Below are positions 38,025-48,815 of a stretch of 64,000 nt of DNA, one piece after another. How positions within the stretch are numbered: the stretch's first letter is position 1; each line of letters starts with the position of its first letter. The position numbers and the translations under genes are program-made. Source of the DNA: Bacteroidota bacterium (lineage in GTDB: Bacteria; Bacteroidota; Ignavibacteria; UBA10030); assembly GCA_050008835.1 (NCBI GenBank), contig JBEKLV010000001.1, forward strand, positions 5,382 to 69,381. The letters run 5' to 3'. The notes under the pieces were generated by a model. That model worked only from the letters and a program-made list of their open reading frames with translations, made no database searches and was not told where the DNA came from.

Positions 38025-39055
38025 GCGAAGTACTTGTATAATAACTCACCTGACCATTGGCAAACAAAAGCAGGAGAATATCGAATAATTGGACCGACAA
38101 CATTATCCTTCACGAAAGAAAAAATCCTACTTTTCGGCAAAGCAGGAAAGAAGGAATAGAACAAAGGAGTTTCTATCGATCCCCAACCTGATTTAAAATT
38201 CCTCAATCCATCATTGTGGATATCTGTTTTACCAAAATCGAAAAAATCGAATCCCCGTTTTATCGCTTCCTGCATTGCCGTCCATATCATCAAATTGTTC
38301 GGCCTCAGTTGAAGCATAGTCTCATCTGATGCACCGTATTTGTAGGTGAGTGTTTTGGAAAAACCTGAAAACAATCCTGCACTAATGCAGTGAGAATCTG
38401 CAAAAACAAGAACGATAAATCCCAGGTTGACTTTGATAATATGCTTCCAAAGAACGTCAAAGAACTTTCTGGGTTGCACAGGTACACCAAGCCTTCTCCG
38501 TGTTTGAAGATGCAGATCATAGAATTGACCGACCGCACTTTGTTCATTCGTTACAAATGCCTGTAAGCCATCCCGTGCTGCTTTAAGTATGGGTTGTTGA
38601 ACTTGCGTTTTCTTAAAAGTTGAAAATATTTTATCTATATCTTTGGATAAGGGAGTAATGTGAAGTGTTGAGTTTGTATCTTTTGTAAAACTATTTGGAA
38701 TCGGCAACTCAGCACGAATCTCAACTTCGGATATTTGATTTGCCTTCTGTGAGAGTATAATGTGTTCCATTATTTCGTTCAGTGAATTCGTATTACTGTA
38801 CAACGGTGTGCAATGATCTGAGAATGGCAATGAAATCCATTTTCCTTTTCCACTGAAGGTGTGAATGCTGCAAAATGGAATACCAGCATTTATTGTCCCT
38901 TTCTCGTTTACTGCACATAATGCAAATACATCAAATCCATATTGTTCATGAAGAACTGATAACCATGCTGAATGGTGGAAAATCGTTGTATTCTTTTGAC
39001 AAGAAATAAACTGAAGCCACTCTTTATTTTCTAACGGATTGATGATAGAAATCAC
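38021..39055 (-). CDS. FemAB-like / GNAT-fold acyl- or aminoacyl-transferase (exopolysaccharide-associated type)
   Basis: 344 aa, FemAB-family-like duplicated GNAT fold; start overlaps upstream gene by 4 nt. Confidence 0.5.
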   Translation of the reverse strand: MISIINPLENKEWLQFISCQKNTTIFHHSAWLSVLHEQYGFDVFALCAVNEKGTINAGIPFCSIHTFSGKGKWISLPFSDHCTPLYSNTNSLNEIMEHIILSQKANQISEVEIRAELPIPNSFTKDTNSTLHITPLSKDIDKIFSTFKKTQVQQPILKAARDGLQAFVTNEQSAVGQFYDLHLQTRRRLGVPVQPRKFFDVLWKHIIKVNLGFIVLVFADSHCISAGLFSGFSKTLTYKYGASDETMLQLRPNNLMIWTAMQEAIKRGFDFFDFGKTDIHNDGLRNFKSGWGSIETPLFYSFFPALPKSRIFSFVKDNVVGPIIRYSPAFVCQWSGELLYKYFA

Positions 39056-39116
39056 TTTTTAACCAATGTAAATACTGAAACAGTGTCATCGAAAAGAATG
39101 TACCCATGCAACATGA

Positions 39117-40277
39117 TTACATCTCCTGAATAATGCCAATGTACTTGTGCTGTTGATCTGACCAACTATACTTCTTGAAGAACCCGTCGGCATTGAGCAC
39201 TTGCCGCTCTCGTAGCGAAGAGTCCCTTGCGAGTTCAATGATTCGCTGTGCCATATTTTCAACATTTTCCGGTTCAAAATATGAAACCATCGATTCGTTA
39301 AAGTAACGCTGGATAACATTTAAGCTCGGAGCTACAACTGGTAATCCAACAGCCAAATACTCCATGAGCTTCACAGGTAACATGCATCGGTCTCCAATGA
39401 GAGTTTTCCTGTTTGCGAGGATGCCAATATCATATTGCTCAATTTCTTGTTGAAGCATTTCGACTGGAATAAAATCCTTGAAGAAGATAAGAGAATCAAG
39501 GATTCCTTTCCTACGGCAGGTAAGTATAAGTGTTTCCTTTTGTTCGCCATTACCGATGATCGTTAACGTCAAAGGTACAATCTTGCTTGCTTTCTCTGTA
39601 GCTTCTATTGCCAAGTCTAGACCTAATCGATAAGTGAGCGTCCCGTGATAAACAAGCCTGATCGGAGGATTTCTAGAAACATCTTTACGTCGATAGAATA
39701 TCTTATCATCAGGTAAGTTCATTATGATAGCCATATTGGGGTGTGCAATACCACTCTCTTGTAAATAATCCATTTGTGAATGGTCCGCACAGATTACTGT
39801 ATCTGAATACTTCACCGAAATAAGGGTTTGAAGCTTGGTAGCAAAATAAAGTAATTTCCTTTTAAAACCAGAGAACTTTGTGAAAACCGCAGCAATCATA
39901 ATATCATGCATATCAAGAATGATAGCTGCCCCGAAGATCTTCGGAATAAGAGTACAAAAAACAAGAAAGTCCGGTTGGTTATGAACATGGATAGCATGAT
40001 ATCGCTCTCTTATATACATCTTGGAAACTACAAATGTTGCTGCGACAAAGAATGTAAAATAACTTGTTAAATACCTTAAAATATTATCGCCCTGATATTT
40101 GACGCCTATAAATGTGATAGACAATGAAGCACCATTAACAAAAACATTTTTCGAATATCGATCATAGAGACAAACAAGATCAACTGAAATCCCTTTGTTT
40201 AAGAGAGTATGTACATAGGCGCGGATTCGGGCATCGGTATAATATTCTGCATATGCAATCATCAATACCTTACCCAT
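39117..40277 (-). CDS. Glycosyltransferase family 4
   Basis: 386 aa, GT-B two-domain pattern; C-terminal region with a conserved E...E pair. Confidence 0.65.
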   Translation of the reverse strand: MGKVLMIAYAEYYTDARIRAYVHTLLNKGISVDLVCLYDRYSKNVFVNGASLSITFIGVKYQGDNILRYLTSYFTFFVAATFVVSKMYIRERYHAIHVHNQPDFLVFCTLIPKIFGAAIILDMHDIMIAAVFTKFSGFKRKLLYFATKLQTLISVKYSDTVICADHSQMDYLQESGIAHPNMAIIMNLPDDKIFYRRKDVSRNPPIRLVYHGTLTYRLGLDLAIEATEKASKIVPLTLTIIGNGEQKETLILTCRRKGILDSLIFFKDFIPVEMLQQEIEQYDIGILANRKTLIGDRCMLPVKLMEYLAVGLPVVAPSLNVIQRYFNESMVSYFEPENVENMAQRIIELARDSSLRERQVLNADGFFKKYSWSDQQHKYIGIIQEM

Positions 40278-40389
40278 TATTTCTCCTCTGCGTTATGAAA
40301 TATATCGAAATGTAAAAATAGATAGAATTCCGTTTTGTATAAAAATAAATATCATGACCAGAATTTAGATGTGGAAAACATTCTGCAGA

Positions 40390-42294
40390 TCAAACACCCG
40401 GACTATGCAGTAAAAACTGTTGTCCCCATTGTTCTATTGATAATAAAAGGAACAGAAGTCGTTGATGATCAGCATTTCCTTTCTTATGGTCGTTATATAG
40501 TTTTGTGATATAAGGAATATGTAAGTAATGATGGGAGATGGAGTTCTGCGACAATACGTAGTCCATAAGTTTCTCTCCCAAGGAGGCTTTTAGCCATTTT
40601 TCAACAGGGTTATTAAAACCGATTTTGGGTTGATACACAATTTCTTTTGGCAGATATGTTTCGCATACCTTCTTATGAATATGTTTCCCATGCAGTCCTT
40701 TGATCTTTAAAGATGCAGGAATAGTAAGTGCAGTTGTTGCAAATTCGATGTCGAGAAATGGTACACGCGCCTCGATACCGGCTGCCATCGCCATCTTGTC
40801 TTCACTGAGAAGAAGATTCTCTGAAAGAGAACTGAACATATCGTAAAACAACATTTTTTCAAGAAGAGTACCCTTCACCCTCGTCCCCAATATTTTCCTT
40901 ACTTCTCTCACAGCATCGTCCTCTCCCTTCTCATTCGAACAATGAGAGAGTTCGTCTCCAAATAATAAGGCACGGTCGGCTGGAGTAGTAATACTTGCTG
41001 CGCTGGCTATCTTTGCATAATCATCTTTCTGAAGAAGAAATTCTGACAATCTTCTAAATTGATTTCTGCGGTCAAGATTCCAGGGGAGCAGAGAGAGAGA
41101 TCTTGCTAATGATGCAGAAAGGAAAGGCATTTTTTCGCTATAGTACATCCCTAAATATCGATCATAGCCGGCAAAGGGTTCATCGGCTCCCTGGCCATTG
41201 AGAATTACTTTCACCACTCCCTTTGCCATTTCTGCAACAAAATAATAGGCAGCAGCGGATTCGTTCCCTAAGGGTTCCTCAAGATGCCAGAGATAACGTT
41301 CCAAGAAGTCCGTATAATCTTTTGCTGCAACTCTTCTCTGATGAAATGCCGCACCAAACCGGGCTGCATTTGCTTGTGCCCGCGCCGTTTCATCATCTTC
41401 AGTTTTTCCACCTTCAAATGATACAGTAAAAGCATGGACACCCTTCCCTGCATAGCGGGTCATAAGAGAAAGAATCGCTCCGGAATCAACGCCTCCGCTC
41501 AGAGATACCCCGACCGGAACATCTGCCATCATTTGACGTTGAACCGCTTTCTCGAAATTCGTACGAAGCAGATGTATCCATTCGTCTTCCTGTCTGGAAT
41601 GGTCGATGACGATCTCTCGATCCCAATATGATTTCAATACTATTCCCGATTGATCGCTGACACTCAACCAGTGAGCCGCCGGTAGTTTTTGAACAGTACG
41701 AATGAATGTATGTGGAGCAGGGGTATGACGAAACGTTAAACAGAGATGAAGGGCATCCAAATTTAATTCCTTCTGCATTTTCGTATAATGCAAAATCGAC
41801 TTCATTTCCGATGCAAAGACCACTCCGTTGTCATTGAATGCATAATAGAGAGGCTTCACACCGAAATGATCCCTTGCAAGAAAAAGTTTACGCTTCTTTG
41901 AATCCCAGAGAGCAAAGGCAAAAATTCCATTAAACCGATTTGTGCAACTTTCACCAAATTCTTCATAGGCATGAATAATAACTTCTGTGTCGGACCGTGT
42001 CTTGAATATATGCCCTCGTCGGAGAAGGTAATCCTTGAGATCGAGATAATTATAGAGCTCACCATTGTAAACGATCCAGACAGTACCATCCTCGTTGCAC
42101 ATAGGCTGATCACCAGTCGATAGGTCTATAATGGAAAGTCTTCGATGACCTAAGCCCAGGCCAACTGCATCTTCAAAGTGGAATCCGGCACCATCCGGTC
42201 CCCTATATTCCAGAAGATTCGTGGAATCCTTGAACCTATTCACATCAACGGGAGCTGAACTTTTAAAGTTATATATTCCAACAATTCCGCACAT
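40390..42294 (-). CDS. asnB: Asparagine synthetase (glutamine-hydrolysing) family amidotransferase
   Basis: N-terminal MCGIVGI nucleophile Cys2, SLSGGVDSGAI PP-loop, 634 aa. Confidence 0.85.
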   Translation of the reverse strand: MCGIVGIYNFKSSAPVDVNRFKDSTNLLEYRGPDGAGFHFEDAVGLGLGHRRLSIIDLSTGDQPMCNEDGTVWIVYNGELYNYLDLKDYLLRRGHIFKTRSDTEVIIHAYEEFGESCTNRFNGIFAFALWDSKKRKLFLARDHFGVKPLYYAFNDNGVVFASEMKSILHYTKMQKELNLDALHLCLTFRHTPAPHTFIRTVQKLPAAHWLSVSDQSGIVLKSYWDREIVIDHSRQEDEWIHLLRTNFEKAVQRQMMADVPVGVSLSGGVDSGAILSLMTRYAGKGVHAFTVSFEGGKTEDDETARAQANAARFGAAFHQRRVAAKDYTDFLERYLWHLEEPLGNESAAAYYFVAEMAKGVVKVILNGQGADEPFAGYDRYLGMYYSEKMPFLSASLARSLSLLPWNLDRRNQFRRLSEFLLQKDDYAKIASAASITTPADRALLFGDELSHCSNEKGEDDAVREVRKILGTRVKGTLLEKMLFYDMFSSLSENLLLSEDKMAMAAGIEARVPFLDIEFATTALTIPASLKIKGLHGKHIHKKVCETYLPKEIVYQPKIGFNNPVEKWLKASLGEKLMDYVLSQNSISHHYLHIPYITKLYNDHKKGNADHQRLLFLLLSIEQWGQQFLLHSPGV

Positions 42295-42468
42295 CTCAAC
42301 TCATGAGTTTGTCATAATATGTATAAAATATGATTGCACTTGAATGCAGAAATATACTTTACAGGATTATAGTTATCTTCTTTTCCCCAAGTGCAATACA
42401 TCTAACGACTATTCATAGAATGATATTATTTGATATTTCATATTATTCTATATAAAAACATCAAAATA

Positions 42469-43413
42469 TTAATTAACATTTGTTTTTATTTTTAGAGTCA
42501 ATTTACTCGTACTTATGGATAGCATTTTTTCCTTTGACTTGAAACTTGGATTTTCTTCAATAAATTTTGCCATTGTTTCTGGACTCATATAGAAAAGTGG
42601 ATCAATTTTAATCCATAATTTATCAGCATTAATTAACGAATAGTAATCTTCCATGAGAAGCCGATTGGTATAATTAAAATCGGAGGTTAAAATATTCCAG
42701 ATGTCATTCGAATATTTATGCATGTTTAATCGGGAAATAGATTTATCTATATATTCAAAATGATCATTGTGATCTATGATATGAATTGAAATACCATGTA
42801 CATTCAAAACATTACATACCTCATGAAAACTGCGCGATAATATCAGCTTGGGAATATGTTCAAGCGTTGCAAATGAAATTAGTGCGTCAACTTTGCTATC
42901 TGAAAATGTCACCGACAATTTTGAAATATCTAAGGGATAAATATATTTATAATTTGTTAATTCAAGAAACTCTTTCAAGTTGGTCATTTTAGATAAAATT
43001 TTCAATTTCGAGTTAAATTCAATGGAGTTAAATATCTTATAAGTACCATAAATTTCATATTTGTGTGACTCTTCAATAGCAGAAGACAAAGTACTTAGTT
43101 TAGCTTTAATACTATCATTTCTCATGAGACAAGATATATCTGACATACTAAAATTTTCAAAGCCCATCAAATAAGCTAAAGCAGGCAATTCGACACTCCA
43201 ACCGCTGCCAACTTCTAATATTATTTTATTCTTGTAATTATGAGAAAAATGTACGATTAAGTCTTCAAGAATGGATATACGTAGATAAGTATTAAATGGA
43301 TCGGCCGGATCAAGTTCGGTTTTTCTTATTTTTTTTATCCACTGGTTTATTTGAAAACCGTAAGGTACTATACTTAAAAATTTTTGAACAACCGCTTTTG
43401 CAAGCCAAATCAT
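42469..43413 (-). CDS. Putative SAM-dependent methyltransferase, AT-rich cassette gene
   Basis: ILEVGSGWS glycine-rich motif; markedly AT-richer than its neighbours; flanked by asnB 5' sequence and a degenerate copy of it. Confidence 0.4.
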   Translation of the reverse strand: MIWLAKAVVQKFLSIVPYGFQINQWIKKIRKTELDPADPFNTYLRISILEDLIVHFSHNYKNKIILEVGSGWSVELPALAYLMGFENFSMSDISCLMRNDSIKAKLSTLSSAIEESHKYEIYGTYKIFNSIEFNSKLKILSKMTNLKEFLELTNYKYIYPLDISKLSVTFSDSKVDALISFATLEHIPKLILSRSFHEVCNVLNVHGISIHIIDHNDHFEYIDKSISRLNMHKYSNDIWNILTSDFNYTNRLLMEDYYSLINADKLWIKIDPLFYMSPETMAKFIEENPSFKSKEKMLSISTSKLTLKIKTNVN

Positions 43414-43508
43414 AAAATATCTATTGGGGATATTATTCGATATTATTTACTATTTTTAGATTATCTTTAACTATTATTATTTGAATTAGATATTTCCGCG
43501 ATACAGAT

Positions 43509-43710
43509 ATAGAGAGGCTTCACGCCGAAATGATCCCTTGCAAGAAAAAGTTTACGCTTCTTTGAATCCCAGAGAGCAAAGGCAAAAATTCCAAAGTGGA
43601 ATCCAACACCATCCGGTCCCCTGTGTTCCAGAAGATTCGTGGACTCTTTGAACCTGTTCACATTGACGGGGCTGAGCTTTAAAAATTATATATTCCGACA
43701 ATATCGCACA
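43509..43710 (-). pseudogene. Degenerate duplicated fragment of the asnB 5' region (internally deleted, ATG changed to GTG)
   Basis: 43509-43593 matches asnB 41849-41933 with one mismatch; 43594-43710 matches asnB 42175-42297 at about 90%; encodes [23 protein letters not shown]...[28 protein letters not shown]. Confidence 0.7.
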
Positions 43711-44718
43711 CTACCCAACCCTATCACCTATCTGTTTCATTGTCAATATCTCAAGCTCACCACGGTTCCGTTTTGATGCAATATACTCTAATATCGGGAA
43801 GAAAAAGCCCTCCATTTGGTCCTTCGGGATAGATGGGTGAAACCAAAAATGGCAGATAGCTTTCTTTTCAATTGCTTTATCAACGTACTTCCGGAGCTTA
43901 TAATTCACAAAATTAAAATCCCACCCTGTCTCATCTACATCAAATGCCACTGAATCGTGGAGTGCAATGAGACCATTTCCAAGTGTCTCCGGATATCCAA
44001 GCTCTTTGAGATCGTTAGTTTTATATCGGATAACCTTGAATCCATGTTGAGCCAACAAATTAAAATTACCAAATTGATTTCTTGGGAACACAAACGAAAC
44101 TGGTTTTATGCCGAACCGAGCCATCGCTTTTTTGCATTCTTCGAGTTCTGCAGCGATAAGTTCAGGAGTACTATTTCGGTTTGAGAAGTCACAATGCGAG
44201 AATGAATGGGAGCCGATTTCATGCTTCACACTTGATTTCAGAATTTGTTCAATAAGATCAGGGGCGTAAAACTCAGGATTCCTTTTGAAATCGCTGCAAG
44301 GGTCGAAATCGTACCAATCCCCCTTTATATATTCCCAGATTTCATTTTCAAAGTAAGCCGGTCGCGGCACCTGGTTATGAGCACGACCGTTTTCCTTTTT
44401 GCAGGAATCAAGAAAGAGATGACCAACTGTGGCCCAGGTAATTGGTATTTCAAGCTCGTTCATTTTTTTAAGGATGATGGGAAAGTGATTTCTTTCCCGT
44501 CGCCCCATTTCAATCGGATCGACCTTTAGCTTAGAAAATTGCCACGCCCAGGCAAGTTCAAAATCAGCGGAGATACAGACCACACCTTTTTGAAAATGTG
44601 TGTGTACTGCATCGACAAATTTCGGTTTGATGCCCAGCGAAAAAACGATCTTCGATAATACAATCCTTCCCGGAGTTGGAAGAATTGAACGTATTCCAGT
44701 ATAAATAGATTTTATCAT
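43711..44718 (-). CDS. Polysaccharide deacetylase family protein (exosortase-locus type)
   Basis: IGSHSFSHCDFSN, WATVGHLF; 335 aa. Confidence 0.65.
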   Translation of the reverse strand: MIKSIYTGIRSILPTPGRIVLSKIVFSLGIKPKFVDAVHTHFQKGVVCISADFELAWAWQFSKLKVDPIEMGRRERNHFPIILKKMNELEIPITWATVGHLFLDSCKKENGRAHNQVPRPAYFENEIWEYIKGDWYDFDPCSDFKRNPEFYAPDLIEQILKSSVKHEIGSHSFSHCDFSNRNSTPELIAAELEECKKAMARFGIKPVSFVFPRNQFGNFNLLAQHGFKVIRYKTNDLKELGYPETLGNGLIALHDSVAFDVDETGWDFNFVNYKLRKYVDKAIEKKAICHFWFHPSIPKDQMEGFFFPILEYIASKRNRGELEILTMKQIGDRVG

Positions 44719-45860
44719 CTTACAACCACGCTCTGCTGAAGAGTGTTATCATAGATCATTTCGAGTCGTCTTGTACCCACACGCAAATCCAAATCGTTCT
44801 TTGCTTTTTCTTGTGCTTTTTTCCCTAACCGTTCTCTCAATTCCGGATGTGTTGCAAGTTGAAAAATGGCTTCTGCCATTGCTTCGATATCTCTTTCTCT
44901 TGTCAGTAAACCCTCTTCACCATGCCGAATGATAGAAGGAATACCCGCATGATATGTGCTAATGACGGGAAGTCCATTCGCCATCGCTTCTACAATTGTC
45001 CCTGGAATCCCTTCTTTGTCGTAATCATTCAGTGTAATGCTTGGCAGGATGAAAATATCTGCATTCCTGTAGAATTCTTGCAGCCGATTATCATAATGTG
45101 GAATATAACCATGAAAAAAAACTCTGTTCATTAAACCGGTTTGTTGTACTTCTTTTCTAACGATACTCTCGTATGCACCCACCCCCACCAGATGATACTC
45201 AAAATTGCTTGTTCCGTATTTTGTCTCTAACAACGCAAGTGCTCTCACAACGAGATGTTGAGCTTTTTTTTCTTCTATGGTTCCAACACTCAATATGATG
45301 AATTTGTTATTTCTCCGATGATACTGTCTGGAATCATTGAAAAATTTTGTTATATCAACACCATAATAATGTACATCTATTTTTGACTCCGGACAACCGA
45401 GAGCGATCATATCCTTTTTCATATCTTCGCTCATTGCGAGGAATCGAGAATACTCCTGAAATATACGCGGATAGAAGAATTTTGCACTGCCTAGAAATTT
45501 ATTCGGGAAACTCGAAACATCATATCCATAGCTGGAACATATTTTAGGGACAGAGAATCTCGATGTGAGTTTGTGAAAAATAATCGCGTCGACTAAATAA
45601 TGGGTGTGAATCAGATCTATATGATGTTGGGCCAGTTCGTCATACAATAATGAAGCAGTGCGAGTTGATAAGTAATTTGCCGTCCGAGAAAACAACGATA
45701 AAGAAGAAGGTACACAGATTTCTTTCGTGCATGGCAACGATTTTGTATGAACCATAGTCCCGACTAAAACATTATATCCTTGAATAGAGTTAATCTGATT
45801 GGCGATAAATGTCTCTGTCGGAGCGCAGAACTTGCGCATAAGATGCAAAACGGTTTTCAT
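44715..45860 (-). CDS. Glycosyltransferase family 4
   Basis: FFHGYIPHYDNRLQEFYRNADIFILPS...EGIPGTIVEAMANGLPVIST. Confidence 0.8.
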   Translation of the reverse strand: MKTVLHLMRKFCAPTETFIANQINSIQGYNVLVGTMVHTKSLPCTKEICVPSSLSLFSRTANYLSTRTASLLYDELAQHHIDLIHTHYLVDAIIFHKLTSRFSVPKICSSYGYDVSSFPNKFLGSAKFFYPRIFQEYSRFLAMSEDMKKDMIALGCPESKIDVHYYGVDITKFFNDSRQYHRRNNKFIILSVGTIEEKKAQHLVVRALALLETKYGTSNFEYHLVGVGAYESIVRKEVQQTGLMNRVFFHGYIPHYDNRLQEFYRNADIFILPSITLNDYDKEGIPGTIVEAMANGLPVISTYHAGIPSIIRHGEEGLLTRERDIEAMAEAIFQLATHPELRERLGKKAQEKAKNDLDLRVGTRRLEMIYDNTLQQSVVVR

Positions 45861-46987
45861 GATATCAAAGAGCCCATAGCATGGAGTGTTTTTTCTGCGA
45901 CTATGCGTGGGTGATGGTTCTGCAAAACATAATCGTAAGCCGCGTCAGCTTTCCGTCGAAAGTATTCTCTCTCCACTGCAAACTGATGCAATATGTTTAT
46001 CAGGTGTTCAGTGTTTTCATATTCGTATGTTGTTCCGAGACGATCATGATCGAGAAGATATGACACTCCTCCGACATTAGAGGAAACGATTGGAACCTTC
46101 ATGGCCATTGCTTCGAGGAAAATCATCGGTGAATTTTCTTGCTTTGAGGTATGCACAAGAGCACTGGAACGACCCAGCAACCTCTTGATTTCTTCTCTAC
46201 TCACTGCCTGTCTTAATTCAATAGTTTTATTATTTGCGATTATTGACTGTAAATAGCCAAAATATTTCGGATCGTCCACCGGACCGCAGAAGATACACCG
46301 TAAAGTCATCTCTTTCTGCAATTCCAAAATCGTCTTAATTAAGATGTGCTGCGATTTAAGCCGGGTATAAGCCCCAATGTTTAAAATAATAATTTCATTA
46401 TCCTGTTTTTTGTCCAACTGTCTCGCAAAAAAGTGTTCAGATACCGCATTGGGAATCTTAAAAACTTTTTTACACTCACCAAACTTGTTCCCTAAGAGTT
46501 CAACGACATAGGGAGATACCGCTATGAAATTGTCATACTGTGTGTGAATATAACTCTCAATTATGGATTCATACTGGTGGCTCCAGTACTCAGCTCCCTG
46601 CCAAAACTGTGCCTCTTTTTTTTTGATTCCATGGATTGTGAAAACTTTCGGAACATTAACGTTTAATGCAGCCAACGCCATCGTCGGATGATCTATTACA
46701 TTCACGACATTCGGTTGAAGTTGCTGTATAAGTTTTTGCACACGAGGGATATTCCAGAGTGTCGAAGGTCGTTGGTACCAAGTATGGACAGATTGGACGA
46801 AGTAATATGTGATCCCATGTTGAACCACGACAGAATCACTCTGCATATTCTTTGAAATAGAGACAACGCTAATTTCATGCTCTTCGGTAAAATACGCCAG
46901 TCCTTCACACAATGATTGAACTGCGGCTTGTACACCACCGGTACTCATACTATCAAAAGGGAGATTTGCCAAGAAGAGGGCTTTCAA
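45857..46987 (-). CDS. Glycosyltransferase family 4
   Basis: SKQENSPMIFLEAMAMKVPIVSSNVGG. Confidence 0.75.
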   Translation of the reverse strand: MKALFLANLPFDSMSTGGVQAAVQSLCEGLAYFTEEHEISVVSISKNMQSDSVVVQHGITYYFVQSVHTWYQRPSTLWNIPRVQKLIQQLQPNVVNVIDHPTMALAALNVNVPKVFTIHGIKKKEAQFWQGAEYWSHQYESIIESYIHTQYDNFIAVSPYVVELLGNKFGECKKVFKIPNAVSEHFFARQLDKKQDNEIIILNIGAYTRLKSQHILIKTILELQKEMTLRCIFCGPVDDPKYFGYLQSIIANNKTIELRQAVSREEIKRLLGRSSALVHTSKQENSPMIFLEAMAMKVPIVSSNVGGVSYLLDHDRLGTTYEYENTEHLINILHQFAVEREYFRRKADAAYDYVLQNHHPRIVAEKTLHAMGSLIS

Positions 46988-46988
46988 C

Positions 46989-48815
46989 TTAACTATTCCA
47001 CCAGAAATTGAGAGAAATCATTGATTCAAATTTATTAAAGTTATCTTTCCAAATTCTATTTGCAGCATGTTCTTTCAGAGTGGCATTGGTAAACGGTGAT
47101 TCAAACAATATTTTCTTGTCGGCTGATGCAAGATATAGTTCACACCACTCGACAGGTTTGAATTCACGATATTTCGTTCTCTTCCTCTTTTGTCTATGAT
47201 AGAGGTAGGGAAACGATATTTTTAATAATGGAAATTTTGAAAGGATATAACTTGCAGGGAACCCATGATCTGTTGGATACCGTAAGAGTTCTGGCCTATA
47301 CTTTTCCATAATTTTTGCATAAAAATACTGAGACCGAAAACGCTCAGAAGGTGTCGGGTGGAGAATATTCGAATAGACGCCTGCAAACGGAGATTGGAAT
47401 ACGAAATCAACAAAATCATCATCAAGATACGGGAATCTATTCGTAGCATAAATTCTTTCGGAATGCACTTCCCCGCCAAAATATTTCCGAAGACCTTCCT
47501 TCATTAGAAAAATATAAAATCGCTTATCTTTTTGTAACCCTGCTATTGAATTCCATGAAGTATTGCAGAAATCTTCTCTCATTTCGTCAAAATGTTCTTT
47601 TATGAAATCCCTTTTCAGGTAAGAATCCTTCATTAAGCGTTCCCTGATATTCAGCCATTTGTAATCTGCATTGTTTGAATTATTGAGTTCAACGAAGTCT
47701 TGTGTAACCATCAAACCAACATTTTGAAATGTCCGAAGCAATTCACTTCCAAAGATACCGGTTAAAACAACCGGTGAAAAATCTCTTAAAAGATTAAACG
47801 CATAAGGATAATTTGCCCCTTCGATTGTCCGTAAACAATCTGACTGCAAAACCATTTCTTGAGCGTACTTCGTATATACTTCTTCATACCCACTGTCCAA
47901 GACAATCGGTACATATTGATATCCGAGATCATCGCAGATCTTTGCTGGAATACTGATATTCTCACTTCCGTCAATACCAAATGAGTAGAGATTCATATCT
48001 TCAGGGTTTTTCTGAATAACACTGAGAATTGTTCTTCCATCGAATCCACCTGTCAACGATGCATTTACTTTTGCAACATCCTGTGTCCTGATATTAATAG
48101 CTTCATAGAAAAGATCTCCGCCTATAGAAAGTGCATCCTGTTCTGATAGGAGCGTGGTTGAATACAACGATTCTGGAGACCAATAAGTACCTGAATGGAT
48201 TGTGCTGCCCTTAAAAGTAACTATTTCCGCTGGTGTCAAATTATGGATATTATAAAGAAGTGTTCTATTATTGAGTGGAAAATTAAATATTTCTTTCTGA
48301 AGAATAGCAACCGGATCAATTATCGTTCTGCCGGAACAGCTATTCCTTAACGCTTTCAGCGATGTCGACGCATAAAAAGAATTTCCGATAACCATATAAT
48401 AAAAAGGCGATATACCGAACCTATTGTTAACAATCATGACCTCTCGCTTTGTTCTATCTATAAGCAGCAGTACATAATTGCCTTTTATATATTGAAAAAA
48501 GGAATTCTGATCTTTTCTAATAATATCCATTACCTCAGAACTTTTGAGGCGTCTACTAATTTTATTCAAATATGCACTTCCCTGTTTGGAAAGATAAGTT
48601 TCTCCGATAATAATTAATTCCGTAGAATCTGATTCAGCAAAGTCCCATTCGTTAACTTCCCGTGAGTAACCAACAAAAGCATAGTATGATGTTTCCATCT
48701 CTTTTTTTTGAGATGAATTTTCATTGTAAAATGATAGATAGGAATAATGTGACCGTAATAAGCCAACGCTCCTTGGTGTCTTTCCAAAATCAATATTGAT
48801 AAGGATATCGAACAC
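46989..48815 (-). CDS. Asparagine synthetase-like protein lacking the N-terminal Cys nucleophile
   Basis: SLTGGFDGRTIL degenerate PP-loop (compare SGGxDS); N-terminus MFDIL with no Cys2. Confidence 0.45.
   Translation of the reverse strand: MFDILINIDFGKTPRSVGLLRSHYSYLSFYNENSSQKKEMETSYYAFVGYSREVNEWDFAESDSTELIIIGETYLSKQGSAYLNKISRRLKSSEVMDIIRKDQNSFFQYIKGNYVLLLIDRTKREVMIVNNRFGISPFYYMVIGNSFYASTSLKALRNSCSGRTIIDPVAILQKEIFNFPLNNRTLLYNIHNLTPAEIVTFKGSTIHSGTYWSPESLYSTTLLSEQDALSIGGDLFYEAINIRTQDVAKVNASLTGGFDGRTILSVIQKNPEDMNLYSFGIDGSENISIPAKICDDLGYQYVPIVLDSGYEEVYTKYAQEMVLQSDCLRTIEGANYPYAFNLLRDFSPVVLTGIFGSELLRTFQNVGLMVTQDFVELNNSNNADYKWLNIRERLMKDSYLKRDFIKEHFDEMREDFCNTSWNSIAGLQKDKRFYIFLMKEGLRKYFGGEVHSERIYATNRFPYLDDDFVDFVFQSPFAGVYSNILHPTPSERFRSQYFYAKIMEKYRPELLRYPTDHGFPASYILSKFPLLKISFPYLYHRQKRKRTKYREFKPVEWCELYLASADKKILFESPFTNATLKEHAANRIWKDNFNKFESMISLNFWWNS

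Noticed and set aside
39086-39319. 77-aa ORF overlapping the 3' end of the GT4 gene 39117-40277
   Set aside because: Same-strand, out-of-frame overlap with a well-supported GT4 C-terminus; spurious.
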